Source: Stegostoma tigrinum (lineage: Eukaryota). Taken from it: DNA of 64,000 nucleotides. The stretch covers positions 8,072,362 through 8,136,361 of the forward strand of contig NC_081356.1 in NCBI RefSeq assembly GCF_030684315.1, written 5' to 3'. Every line of letters starts with the position of its first letter. Positions within the stretch are counted from its first letter, which is position 1. The position numbers and the translations under genes are program-made. This document shows, piece after piece, positions 14,091 to 25,939 of the stretch. The notes beneath the pieces were generated by a model. It ran no database searches. It saw nothing but the letters and a program-made list of their open reading frames with translations, and had not been told where the DNA came from.

Positions 14091-14679
14091 TAATGACTGG
14101 GAAGACCTCAGTACCAGTATGCTGGCATCTGTTCCAGATGCTGATAATGGGTTCACTAAGATTCATCATACTTTGTGTTGCAATGTTGCAGTGATGAAGT
14201 ACAGTACTAGCAGAGAAGGCGTGAGTAGGGGGCATATCCTGCATTCTGGATCTCACTTTACCATTTCCCTGGGATCCACTGACTCATTACAATTGATGGC
14301 CACAGGCAGGAGGGTCACTTTCTGAAACCTGGCTCTCATTACTCTCATCATTTGCAATTTTGGGCAAAAATGATCAGCCAGTGTTTATAATGGAGAAACA
14401 AAATCCTTTCAGTAAAAATCATTGGGCAGGCCTCATTGGCCAAATGTTTCTACATTTTCTGTCCGTTATTTCTTACCCAGAATAGGAAGAGCGATTTCCT
14501 TCTTAAAAGGCACCATTTAAATTTTCCATTTGTTTTTTCCTGGCTACTAGTTCGATCTCGCAGAAGAAGTGGAGCCTTCCAAAACTATAAATGCAATCGA
14601 ACAAACTGTAATCTTTGCTAACTACACCTGGGTTTCCACTTCTGCCAGAATAATTGTCAACGTTAAATATTTTTATAAG

Positions 14680-15000
14680 ACCATGAGAGATAGAAACAGC
14701 ACTATGTCCTTCAGCCCCTCAAGCCTGCTCTGCCATTCAATGAGAACACAGCTGTTGTGACATTTCTCACCTCCACTTTCCTGCATTTTCCCTGCAATCC
14801 TTGATTCCTCCACCGATCAAGAATCTATTTCAGCCTTAAATATATGCAGCAAATCTGCACCCCAAACCGCACAGCTGTCTGAAACAAGAAGTTCCAAATA
14901 AACACAACCCTTCGAGAGAAGAAATTCCTCCTCTTATGGTCTTATGGTCCTCACCTCAGTTTTAAATGGATGACCTTTATTCCGAGATATTGTCCTCTGA
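14680..15000 (-). mobile_element. CR1 3' end fragment
   Basis: Reverse CR1 3' UTR (cagccc...ctctgccattcaat...gagaagaaattcctcctc). Confidence 0.65.
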
Positions 15001-16903
15001 GCCATTTTTTAAAAATACAGAAATGGTATCATTTCCGAAAATAACTCCCTTCACCTCTTATCTTTCCAACTGCTGTTAGACTTTAGTACACTTAGCAAAC
15101 ATAGGTTGAACAGTTACTAAAAAAAAAGTGTAGATTCAAGATTTTGAATTTTGCAGTACTGAATCTTAATTAGAGAAACAATTAACGGCAGAATTTTAAG
15201 TGAATGCTGATAGATTGGGGATTTACTTCAATTAATTAAATCACCAGAGACTCTCCTAAGAAGTATTTTTTTGCAGATATTATGGTTTAACACACACAAT
15301 TTGTCATTTATCAGAATTTGGCCTCAACTCTCAAGCATAGATAGTCTTCTCCAGGTAGCCTCCTTAGTGATTTGAGACTAGCTGAACCAAGGCTGTGTTG
15401 TGGTTTTGCTGTAGGACATAGTCAGGACATAAGCAGCAAGTCCTGGCACAGTTGGGGGCAGGGATTGAATCCTGTGCTATTGGCATTACTATGACCAACT
15501 AACCAGCTGTGTAGCCACCTGGGTAAATTGCCCTGGAACAAGCTTACTCTGGATAAATTGACAGTGTTGCTGCTATCGTGAGTAGCCATTATAGGTATGC
15601 TAGAAATTTTCACTTAATACTCAGATTCTTGCTGCATGTGCATGACGTGCCATAGTGAAACCCCGCCAGCAGTATTTGGTCAAAATCTCAATTAATTGCC
15701 TTTTTGAATGTTTTACTTGTTTGCCCAACAGTGGTGCAAGGATTCCCTCAAGATGATTGTCTTCAAACTCAAGGGTTAAGCGTAGATGTGGACTGGATTA
15801 TGTCAAACTCCCGATCTGTTCGTATTTTTGGAGCCCATATCCTGTGCCTCCACCCATCTCTTGGCAGTTACGATTCTGCCTATTGAAGTAGTAAGAAACA
15901 GCAGGATACATCACTTTGAGGTCTAAATAATTTAGCCTATCTACATATTAAGATGCATCTGCAACAAAGTCAAACTGGATTTTGTGTGGAAGTGGAATGG
16001 GGCTCTGACTCAGAAATGAAAACCAAAGAAGAAAATGTGTAAAATCAGTCACCCATTGATCTGTGGTTTAAACTACCAATAAAAACAGAGCTGAGAATAA
16101 TTCAGGAAATTAATTTTAAAAATGCTGAACCACATATGACTCTTTCCAAATTAATTCACAGCTATCATATTGCTTAAAAACGACACTTTGTCTGTAGCTT
16201 GCAGCCTGTTAAATGACAACAGGCAAAGCATGTTTTAACTGTTGCCTTCATATTAAGGTTAATCAAAGGGAAATAAATATTGAAACACTTTTGCATACCC
16301 CTAATTGCATTGATAGCTCAACAATATACAACAGCTCTTTGGTTTTCCAAACATATTAATCCTTCCAGAGGATGATTTGTAATTTAACTAATGCAAAAGA
16401 ATGCAGTAGCATTTGTTTCAACTATTCAGGGACAATTTGCAAACAGAAACCACTCAGGCAGTATCAGAATGTCAAAGTGAAGAAATATCCAAGCACTGTC
16501 AAACTATCATTCTTAGATAATAAAATGTCACTCCCAAAAATTGCAGCTTGTTAATGTGTCTCAACTACATTTCTGCAGTGACATTTGGGTAATTGTTTCA
16601 CATTATACTTTCTGTTCTTTAGACATAGCATCAAACATTTTTCTCTTCATCTGTATTTTTTTTTCTTTAATTAACATTTTTGCTTTTCCAATATATTCAA
16701 GTATTTTCCATTTTCAAACAGTAATGTCTCCCTTTGACAGATTTCTTCATGTTTCATTTACATAATGAGTCATGCCGTGGTATAAACTAAAGTGCTGAGG
16801 GTTTCTTCGCCCACTGCTGACCGTCAGCGTTTGATGATGTGAATGGGATGAGGTTTTTTTTGCAGCTGCAGCACGCACATACAGGCTTTCAAAGGGGTGT
16901 AAT

Positions 16904-17138
16904 TGTGATGATTGTGATAAGGTAGCCAGGTGGACCTCACAGAACATGAGTTCCCCGACTGGAGATGTTAATCTAGTCCAGTCAGGGAATTCTGGCTGAC
17001 AGATAAGAATGGGAGTGTCAGTCATCCTGTTCATTCTAAGAGCTGGCTCTGAGGTAGCCAGACCAGTGTAAAGGACTCTCCATGTGTAAATAAAGCGCGA
17101 CTTGATGATAGGATGCCAGCCTCCGTCACGTTATTTTA
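16904..17138 (+). repeat. 5' LTR of Gypsy element
   Basis: Starts with tg; shares ctggctgacagataagaa, tgttaatct and aataaag with 20194-20418. Confidence 0.85.
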
Positions 17139-18360
17139 GTAGTGACAAGAGGAAATCACGCTCCTGAATAAACTTGTTCACAATTTACATCTATGGGTTG
17201 GGTAAGTATTTCTGCATCATGCCATTATTTGAGAAGCTTGACTCATCTGATCCTGCTGTTGAAGACTGAGCCCAATATGTGAAAAGAATATGCCTTTTTT
17301 TCAGGCAAAGGACATTGGAACAAATGAAAATCAGTGAGTAATTCTCCTGATAGCTTGTAGACATGCGGCTTTTTTGGTCATTAGGACATTATCTTTCCCT
17401 GAGGCACCAGATACTAAAACCTTTCAGGAGCTGACAGAGTAAGTGAAGGAATATTATGGTACCAAACATCCTCTAATTATGAGACACAATCGACTTTATT
17501 TGGCAATTCAAGAACCAGGGAAATTATGTCTGGATTTTTGACTATGCTGAGATGGCTAGCAGGGCCATGTGATTTTGGTTTAACCCCTAATGAGACACTG
17601 AGAGACCAGGTGGTATGTAGGATTCATGATGTAACTATGCATAAGTGCCTACTAGCTGAAGCCCAACTGGACTTCAGACAGGTACTACAACTAGCTTTAT
17701 CATTGGAAAATGCAGCAAGTGGAGCATATGCACTGCATAGTATGCTGATGGAAGTTGACACCCTCACCAGGCTGACCGAGCTTGGGAAAGGCCACCTGAG
17801 TGAAGACAATGCACTCAGGACATTGACTGAACAGAGGGATTCTAGGTCATCCACAGCAAAACCCCAAAACAAAGCCAAGCCTCGGCCAAATGGTGAAAAT
17901 TTCTTCAAGATCTGGGCAAGCAAGCCATTGTAGTTGGTGCCAGTGTGCTGGCTCAAGGTAGCAAAAGTGTCTGATTCGGCCTAAATAGAATAAGAGAACT
18001 CATAGGCCGGTATCCAAGAGAGCGCACACCTTGAAAAGCATCTGGTTTGGATTGGCTAAATTGCTTAGCAATGCCCAAATGAGAACCAATCAAAATAAGC
18101 GCCTCGTTAAATGGTCAGTTCTTTCTAATGGAGGTCGATACCAGTGTGACCATTTCAGTGATCGCAGAAACAGTCCTTAACAAAATTCACTCTGGGCTCT
18201 AACCCTTAAATTTGTACAAGGCCTTGGTTAGATTGAGAACATATTTCGGGGAATCTTAGCAGATTAAAGGGACAACTTTGGTTCCAGTCTCTTATGAGAA
18301 GAACCTAGTTCAATTACCTCTGACTGTGGTAAAGTGCTCAGGTTCAAGCTTGATGGGGGT

Positions 18361-18534
18361 GAAATAAAAACCAAAAGAACTGCGGATGTTGTAAATTAGG
18401 AACAAAAACAGAAAATACAGTGTGAATCTGTGAAGAAAACTCGGATTTAATGATTCAGGTCCAGTGACCCCTCTTCAGAACCACAGATGCTGCCAGACCT
18501 GTTGAACTATTCCAGTAATTTCTGTTTTTGTTCC
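18361..18534. mobile_element. PLE terminal-repeat (family B) insertion inside Gypsy
   Basis: ggtccagtgacccctcttcagaa (decayed hammerhead, minus strand) followed by an inverted arm cacagatgctgccagacctg...tctgtttttgttcc. Confidence 0.75.
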
Positions 18535-19195
18535 TCATTAGCCGTGCTAATGAGAAACTTTCTCTTTTCCTTTCAGACATTAAGACCCACAAGATTCAAC
18601 AATTCAGAGATACCCATGATCCTCTGGAACCTTCTTCCCCTCCCTAAAATGGTTTTAAATTTTCTGGACACACTTCCATACACACATGATAATGTCAGAC
18701 TTTGGACGCAGAAAGATATGGTCCTGGCAAAACGGAAACAGCTGGTGGTGATGGGTGAAGCCAAAGGGCCATCACAGCTAGAATTGAAACCTTTCTGGAC
18801 GGCATATTGTAATGGGGAGCAAGAGCGATCGTCCCAAACAAAGATCACCACCAGATACTGGCTCAACACCAGCAGGAACATCCAACGGTTTCCAAAATGA
18901 AGGTGTTGGCAAGAAGTTATGTCTGGTGGCCAGGACTGGATGCAGGCAAAGATGTATTGGTGGGTCAGTGCCCAGTGTGCCAACAAGGTCAAAAATTACA
19001 GCCAACAGCTCCCTCATGTTTGTGTGAGTGACTGGGTAAATCCTGAACTTGGTTACACATTGACTATGCAGGTCCCATCATGGGCTCGATGTTCTTGGTC
19101 ATTGTGAACATTCAGTAAAAGTGGCTAGACACGAATAAAGTTCATTCATCAAACAGGGGTATGACAAGAGAAAAACCATATGCATCTTTTGCACT

Positions 19196-19358
19196 ATAAG
19201 ATAATTAAATGTGAGGCTGGATGAACACAGCAGGCCAAGCAGCATCTCAGGAGCACAAAAGCTTTTGTGCTCCTGAGATGCTGCTTGGCCTGCTGTGTTC
19301 ATCCAGCCTCACATTTTATTATCTTGGATTCTCCAGCATCTGCAGTTCCCATTATCAC
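19196..19358. mobile_element. PLE terminal-repeat (family A, young) spacerless palindrome inside Gypsy integrase
   Basis: 64-bp arms 19198-19261 and 19262-19325, one mismatch, no spacer; tail to 19358; 15-bp TSD tgcatcttttgcact at 19181-19195 and 19359-19373. Confidence 0.95.
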
Positions 19359-20193
19359 TGCATCTTTTGCACTGTATGGATTCCGGAGAGTGTTAGTCAC
19401 AGATAATGAGCCAACGTTTACCAGCAGGGAATTTCCTAAATGTGAATAGTATTTGACATTTAAGCATTGTTCCATCATCCAATGATCTAGTGGAAAAAGC
19501 AGTCTAAACTTTGAAGGGAAGCTTAAAGAAACAGCCTGCAGCTTCACTAGGTACCAAACTGACACCAGTTCTGATTTGATTATAGGACCATCCCTCATGC
19601 AACCACAGGATAGCTCCAACAGAGTTACTAATTGGGAGAATACTCTATGCCAAATTAAATGTCATCCTTCTGCCCCTAGGGGAGAAGTTGAACTGGCAAT
19701 AGAAATATGAATGCTGGACAAAAGACTCTGCTAAACAAGAGAGACAGCTTACTTTAGGGACTAAGCTTGGTGTAGGAACCATGAAAATAGTCCTGCATGG
19801 GTAGGAGACATGGTTGGCATGGGGTCAGGTCAAGTGATGTATAAAGTTTGGGTAGGTGCGACTGTCCTGAACATGCACATGGACCATATGAAAGCTGCAA
19901 ACTCACAAATAGTGCCGGAACAAAATGCCTTTCCGAATGTTGCAGAACCTGTGTGTTCTCCTTCTCTGACAAGTGCTGTCAGAATCAGAGTTGGGCATAT
20001 CAGATGTTGCCACCTTGAGTCCTTTGCCATCTGAAGAAGGGAATGAATTTCTCCAAGGTGCTCTGGGTGCAACAGGCATGCTACTGTGTATTACATGCCA
20101 GCTGTTTCAGAAGCAATGTTGGAGGAGCCTGACTCAGTGCCAAGACGGCCCAGGAGAAGCTTAAAAAAAGTCCTCAGGCACAGAGGGGGAGAG

Positions 20194-20418
20194 ATGCACT
20201 GATTATAACAAGGTCCATCAGGCAGACCTTGTAGAATATGATTTCCCTGATTGGGGCTGTTAATCTGGACCAATTAGGGAGCTCTGGCTGACAGATAAGA
20301 ACAGGGGTACCAGAGGTTCTGATCACTCTGAGGAAGCTGGATCAGTGTTGAGGCCGCTCCACGTGTGAATAAAGGGAGAGTTGGTAATGGGTTACCCACC
20401 CTCTGTAGAGCTATTTCA
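20194..20418 (+). repeat. 3' LTR of Gypsy element
   Basis: tg...ca ends; follows the polypurine tract; diverged copy of 16904-17138. Confidence 0.85.
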
Positions 20419-21382
20419 GCATCAACAATTAAAAATGCATTTTTCTTGTTTAAATTCACACACGTTTCTTCCATTTGACATTTGTCTGACAATTACATAA
20501 ATGTATTACAACAGATGAATTTACTATCTGCCACACTTCTGAATTAACTTGACTTCACTGAAATTGTTGGCTGGACGTGTGATTTTTAATTTTTCTTTTA
20601 GAACATTTCATTTCAAAAGCAATTTTGCACTTTTTAAAAAAATGTGTTTTTGATTTATGGAATGTATCCATTCTTTGATACACTGCACATCTTAATTCCA
20701 AAACTGTATTAACCAAGGCGATTAATCTTAATGCTGAATTTTAATGAGTACTTTAGCTTCTAATGCTTGGTATCTCATTATAGTTTTTTTTTCCACAATA
20801 ATTGTGGGCTGTATCTACGTGGGTGAGGAAAACACCGATCTGCTGGAAAAGAGAAAATACATCTAAAATGCGAAAATCATATCGGGTTCTTTGTTTCTCT
20901 GTAGGATTCATAGTTTACTTTCAACAAACAAGTCGCGAGTTTTAACAGCACATTTTGTGATTGTCCAAATTTACCTGCCTCAGCTGGATAGATATTTAAC
21001 AGGTCTGAGACCTGCCACATGATGGAGCACCACATGAGCTGATCCATTTCAATAGGAGCAATAGCTGACACAATCTTGCTCGAACACACTTGAATCACGC
21101 TCCTTGCAATATCTCATCACAAAATGCCACTTATAACAGTGAGAGCAACATGTAGAGTTTGAACCAATCTCCCAGTCTAAGTTAACAGCAAATGGACAAC
21201 ATTAGCAATCTGCAAGTGAACGTTCTTTAAAAGCACAAAAGTCTTGAAACTTGAGCCATTCTGAACGAATGCCGAAAAAACCCATCTTTGCACACACTTC
21301 ACAAGGTGTGGATACAAATAGGCCTCTTGCCGCTCACTGGTGAGTTTCTTGTCCCACCATTGAAAAATTGCTTTCAGAAATG

Positions 21383-21504
21383 GAGATAACACAGTGTAGA
21401 GCTGGGTGAACACTACAGGCCAAGCAGCATCAGAGAAGCATGTTGATGTTTCGGGTCAGGACCCTTCTTCAGGAAATCCAGCATCCGCAGTTCTTGCTAT
21501 CTCT
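21383..21504. mobile_element. PLE terminal-repeat (family A) partial fold-back
   Basis: Arm ending gggtcaggacccttcttcag followed by the inverted tail tccagcatccgcagttcttgctatctct. Confidence 0.8.
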
Positions 21505-21651
21505 TTGCACAGTGTTGTGGCAATCTGAAAGTCTAGGCCGATTCTTTCCAGCCCCTAAACAATGTCAGTGTTGGTGAGTCAATTGGAAAAATAGGTGAGA
21601 TCAGCAGAAATAATATTCTCAACACTGAGAAAAAGAAGTCCATTTCTTAAA

Positions 21652-21847
21652 CAGATAGTGGGAATTGCCAATGCTGGAGGATCTGAGATAACAAGGTGTA
21701 GACCTGGATGAACGCAGCAGGCCAAGGCAGCACCAAAGGAGCAGGAAAGCTGATGTTTCAGGTCTGGACCCAAAACGTCAGCTTTCCTGCTCCTCTGATG
21801 CTGCTTGGCTTGCTGTGTTCATCCAGCTGTATGCCTTGATATCTACG
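21652..21847. mobile_element. PLE terminal-repeat (family A) fold-back
   Basis: Inverted arms hinged in hammerhead stem II (ggtctggacc, ~21765); TSD tttcttaaa at 21643-21651 and 21848-21856. Confidence 0.9.
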
Positions 21848-22252
21848 TTTCTTAAAGCAATTTTTCGACTGTGAGACAATAAACTCAACGGTGAGTGGCA
21901 AGAAGCCTATTTTTACCCTTTTGCATGCAATATCATGCAATTTTACCTAGCATAACCTTGTCAGTTTGCAGCTTTGTCTTTTCCCATTTGTCAGAGAGAA
22001 ATTAGACAGTGACAATTGCTGACATGAAAGTCAGAGACAGGATCTGACATCTCCAGCTTTCGGTCTGCTCCTCCCAGCCTCCTTTGCTATACAAGTGTCA
22101 ATCATGCACAAGCGTCATTGGCAAAAGTGATCACAGAAAAATATATCCTAATTTTAAAAAGCTACCAATCAAGTGAAGACTTTGTATCTTTGCCAATAAA
22201 ATAAACCATTTTATGAGATTCTGGGCTCTGTAGAAAACCTTATTATACACAA

Positions 22253-22458
22253 GGAGATAGCAAGAAGCACAGCTATAGGAGTCAGAGTCCGGACAGTGTG
22301 GAGCTGGAGGAATACAACGGTTCAGGCAGAATCAGAAGAGCAGGAAGGTCGACATTTCGGGTTTACACTCTTCCTCAAGACTCAGGAAACGCAAAACATT
22401 GACTTTATTCCTCCTCTGATGCTGCCTGACCTGTTCCTCCAGCTCCACACTGCATTGA
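22253..22458. mobile_element. Old PLE terminal-repeat (family A-like) fold-back
   Basis: Diverged inverted arms; TSD cttattataca at 22239-22249 and 22459-22469. Confidence 0.8.
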
Positions 22459-23084
22459 CTTATTATACAAAATGCTTTCAGATAGTTGGAGAATAAATAT
22501 TGACCGAGACACTAATGAGAAATCCGCCTGTTTTTTGAAAGTTATAGGGCATGTCTATTCTCACCTGTGATTTGAAAGATGACATCGCTGACTGTGTACT
22601 TCGTCAGTACTGAGTATCACCATTATGTAGGATCAACTCCCAGTGCAATTCAATTGAGGGTAGGCAGTTCAAGTTAATGCACACGTCCTTAAAGACTAAC
22701 CTTTTAAGGCTTGGCACAATTCTGTTTAGGCTGAGTTGTACCCCCAGAACATTAGGAGTATAAAACTGAATTCAGTATTTCAAATGAAGTCTTACAATGG
22801 CTATTCATGACAAAAGTATTATTTCCGCACTTACAAATGCTTACATTTTTGTGTTGAAAGCTAACATCCCAATTGTTTTCCTTGATCTTCTCTTGTTTAC
22901 TTGTTGAACTGTGTATATTGTCACCTAATGCTGAAATTCACAAGCTCAAGGACACTGATGCTGGGCCAGAGTGTGGGGTTTTTCTTGGAATGATTGATAT
23001 AACTGAGTGGCTTGCTAGGCTCTTGAAGGGATGCAGTTAAGAACCATAATTTCACTTGAGAATCATTGAGCCTTCATCACTTTC

Positions 23085-23346
23085 AGAAAAGGGGAAAACA
23101 TTTTAGGAGAAGTTTCTTCATCCAAAGAGTGGTGAGCCTATGAAATTCAGAAAGTGGTTGAGGACAAAACATAGTGCTTTCAAGAAGGAGGCAGATATGG
23201 TTCTTGTGGCTAAAGGGATTGAGGGATATGGGGAGATGGTGAGATTAGGATATTGATCTCGGTGATCGGCCATGGTCATAGTGTGTACTGGGCAAGGCTT
23301 GAGGGGCCAAATGGCCTTATTCTGTTCTTATCTTCTATGTTTCTAT
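23085..23346 (+). mobile_element. CR1 3' end fragment
   Basis: tttcttcatccaaagagtggtgag...aagggattgagggatatggg...tctatgtttctat tail. Confidence 0.75.
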
Positions 23347-25129
23347 ATTATTGCCACCAGATGCTGCTAGATTTCAGTCATTAAATCCTCGTTTAACTCC
23401 AATCTCCTATCTTGTATCATTTGCAAATATTCCTCTTTTGTCTTTCTTTGGTATGATCTCACATTTCCTTACATTGAACTCCAACTTCCATAATTACCCC
23501 ACCAGATTCCCCACAGTAAACTGAAATTTCCTAAACCTACATGCACTGGTTACAGTGTATCCTAACTTAGCATCATCAGCAAACTTTCATATAAAATTTA
23601 ATTTCTTCATCTTGTCACCCTTTGTGCTCTCCCCAGAAGCAGGGCCCTGATCAAGTTATCTACTGATGCTTCATCTTAAGCCATTTCCTGGGGCAGCTTC
23701 TGGTCATTAGTGGTTTGCCATTCCCTTTAAGTCCTGGGGACTGGGCAATGAGCAGGTACCCAGCTGGATTGGAAGTTGAACTGATAATGTGGCATCAACC
23801 TGAGCTGTATGCTAGACATCTAACTGGCCGGATATTTTTCATCTACGTTATGATATATGCAGTGAAAAGTCAAAGACCTACTAAAAATTCCCTGGGACAA
23901 ATCTTACTGTGTTGTGCCTGTCAGAGAAGATTACCCTGATATCCTACTCTCTGCTACTGATTTCCCATCCAATGTTAATTCCACAAGCTCTCCTCCAGTT
24001 CCATTTGTGAAGATTTTTGATCATAAAATCTTGTTTGGAACTCTGTTGACTGCCCCAGAAGGCAATACAGACAACATCTATTGATAACCTTTATCAAAAA
24101 TTTCAACAAGTATAGTCAGGCAGGAGGAAATTCATGTAGACTCGGTTTGGTCAGTTAACACCTGCACTCAGTCATTTTCTGACAAAACCTGCAACTTTGC
24201 CGCATTGACAAAAAACTGATAGGTTTTTTTCAATTTTATTAATCATAAAATGAATATTAAAAGTCACAAAATTAATTCATTATTAATAATATAGTTGCAT
24301 TTTATGCTGCATATTTAGGCAATGTTTATATAATATAAGCCAAGTATACCAAAATTGCTCAAAATCACATTAATGCCTGAAAAACTTTTTTATTGATTTG
24401 AACTTCTTTTCATTTTTCTGAGGTGACTACATTTTCAAAAATCTGGATTTGAGAGACTATTGATTTGATAGCCAAACATATTGTTAAATAGCAACAACTT
24501 GATTAAATATGCACACAAAACTGGCATGCGAAAGTTTGAAATGGCTTATTCCTGGGATAGAAAGACTTTCTTCAGACTGAACAATACATTGAGAAAACTT
24601 ACAGATATAGCCAGTTTCTACCTAATTAAACAGTGCCTTTGGGCATAGCAATGGTCAAGTTTGCTGGTTTCCTATAGTCAGATAGAGGAACGTTTCTTCT
24701 AGTGGTAATAAATCAAATGATGTGCAAAAAAAAGTTATTACTTTTTCACTATAAATGCTGGTGTTTTTATTAATAGAAAAACAAGATGAATAACTAATGC
24801 TGATAAAGATTGATGAAACAGTAAGATACTAAACCAGGCATGTTAGGAGACACTGAGCCAGAGTTTTAAAAAGCTAAAGATCAGGGGAGACAGAAATCAC
24901 ATGCCTGTAACATATTTTGTAATGTATTGTTGTGCATATTTATGACTTTTTTCTCAAATATGAACTATGATGATGTTCATAATCACATAAATAATTATAT
25001 TATTGGGAATAGGCCTCATTATGTTTGACAAAACAATGATCTGCAAAATGATTCTCAGGTGAGGACTGAAAGCATGAGCTCTAATATTAATTCTCCAAAC
25101 AGTAGTGTAGACATGTTAAAGAAATGAAA

Positions 25130-25293
25130 TGGAGGTGCTGCTGCTGGGCTGGGTGACCAAAGACAGAAGTCACCCAGCACCAGGTTATAGTCCTACAGGC
25201 TTGTTTGTGGTGATGAAGGAGCAGAACTTCAAAAGCTTGTAATTTTAAACAAGCCTGTAGGATTATAACCTGGTGTCATGTGATTTCTGACTT
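25130..25293. mobile_element. PLE terminal-repeat (family C) fold-back
   Basis: Arms caccaggttatagtcctacaggcttgttt / aaacaagcctgtaggattataacctggtg flank a decayed hammerhead tgatgaaggag...cttcaaaagctt; TSD tgttaaag(a/t)aatg at 25114-25126 and 25294-25306. Confidence 0.85.
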
Positions 25294-25684
25294 TGTTAAA
25301 GTAATGTTCAGGCAGCTTATTCTTGGAGATTTATTCTATTCTTTCAGGCCAGCATATACTTTACAAGTGTAGTTGCTGCCATTGTATAGATAAAAAATTG
25401 AAAGGTCATATTAGGATATCCTCTCATTCAAAGATCTATTTACTTTGTGGAGTGGCTCACTATTGAGGATACAGTGGCTATAAAGTAATGTAGGGTCTGA
25501 GATATCAAACGGAAAAGCTAATTTTTATTTGTTCTTCCACTGACAGTTATGGAAGTGTGGGTGAAACTGAGGAAAATCATATTCATCAGGGAAATAAGAC
25601 AGGGTAAATTGTGGGAGTCCAGTTCTGACAACGTTCTAATGGACTTCATCCTAGAGTATGAAAAGAAGAGGGTATAGCTAATGT

Positions 25685-25902
25685 CAGAGATAATGGGAAC
25701 TGCAGATGCTGGAGAATTCCAAGATAATAAAATGTGAGGCTGGATGAACACAGCAGGCCAAGCAGCATCTCAGGAGCACAAAAGCTGACGTTTCGGGCCT
25801 AGACCCTTCATCAGAGAGGTCTAGGCCTGAAACGTCAGCTTTTGTGCTCCTGAGATGCTGCTTGGCCTGCTGTGTTCATCCAGCCTCACATTTTATTATC
25901 TT
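25685..25902. mobile_element. PLE terminal-repeat (family A, young) fold-back
   Basis: Long arm 25685-25818 and short inverted arm ~25818-25904; 14-bp TSD ggtatagctaatgt at 25671-25684 and 25903-25916. Confidence 0.95.
25787..25814 (-). ncRNA. Minimal type I hammerhead ribozyme core (predicted)
   Basis: Minus strand reads CUGAUGA-A-GGG UCUAGG CCC-GAAA-CG-UC^AGCU. Helix III is reduced to palindromic ACGU, so it could only form in a dimer; helix I is weak. Activity is not demonstrated. Confidence 0.75.
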
Positions 25903-25939
25903 GGTATAGCTAATGTATTGGTTTTAAATTTCAAAACTT

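Larger units (their letters stand above)
16904..20418 (+). mobile_element. Degenerate Gypsy/Ty3 LTR retrotransposon with gag, protease and integrase remnants but no visible RT/RNase H
   Basis: Two similar LTRs; decayed PBS tagtgacaag after the 5' LTR (compatible with TGGCGACGAG, tRNA-Ser); gag start MPLFEKLDSSDPAVED at 17219; LRDQVVCRIHD...LLAE; protease MEVDTSVTISVI near 18128; integrase VTDNEPTFTSREF near 19396; polypurine tract agagggggagaga before the 3' LTR. Confidence 0.9.

Noticed and set aside
19099-19406. Two ORFs on opposite strands with the same N-terminus (MNTAGQAASQEHKSF...)
   Set aside because: A direct artefact of the DNA palindrome; no evidence of coding function.
19196-25902. 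Fold-back elements as MITEs (DNA transposons) or pre-miRNA genes
   Set aside because: TSDs vary from 9 to 17 bp, the arms are asymmetric, hinge points vary and single-arm copies exist, which fits PLE retrotransposition. Small-RNA production cannot be judged from sequence.
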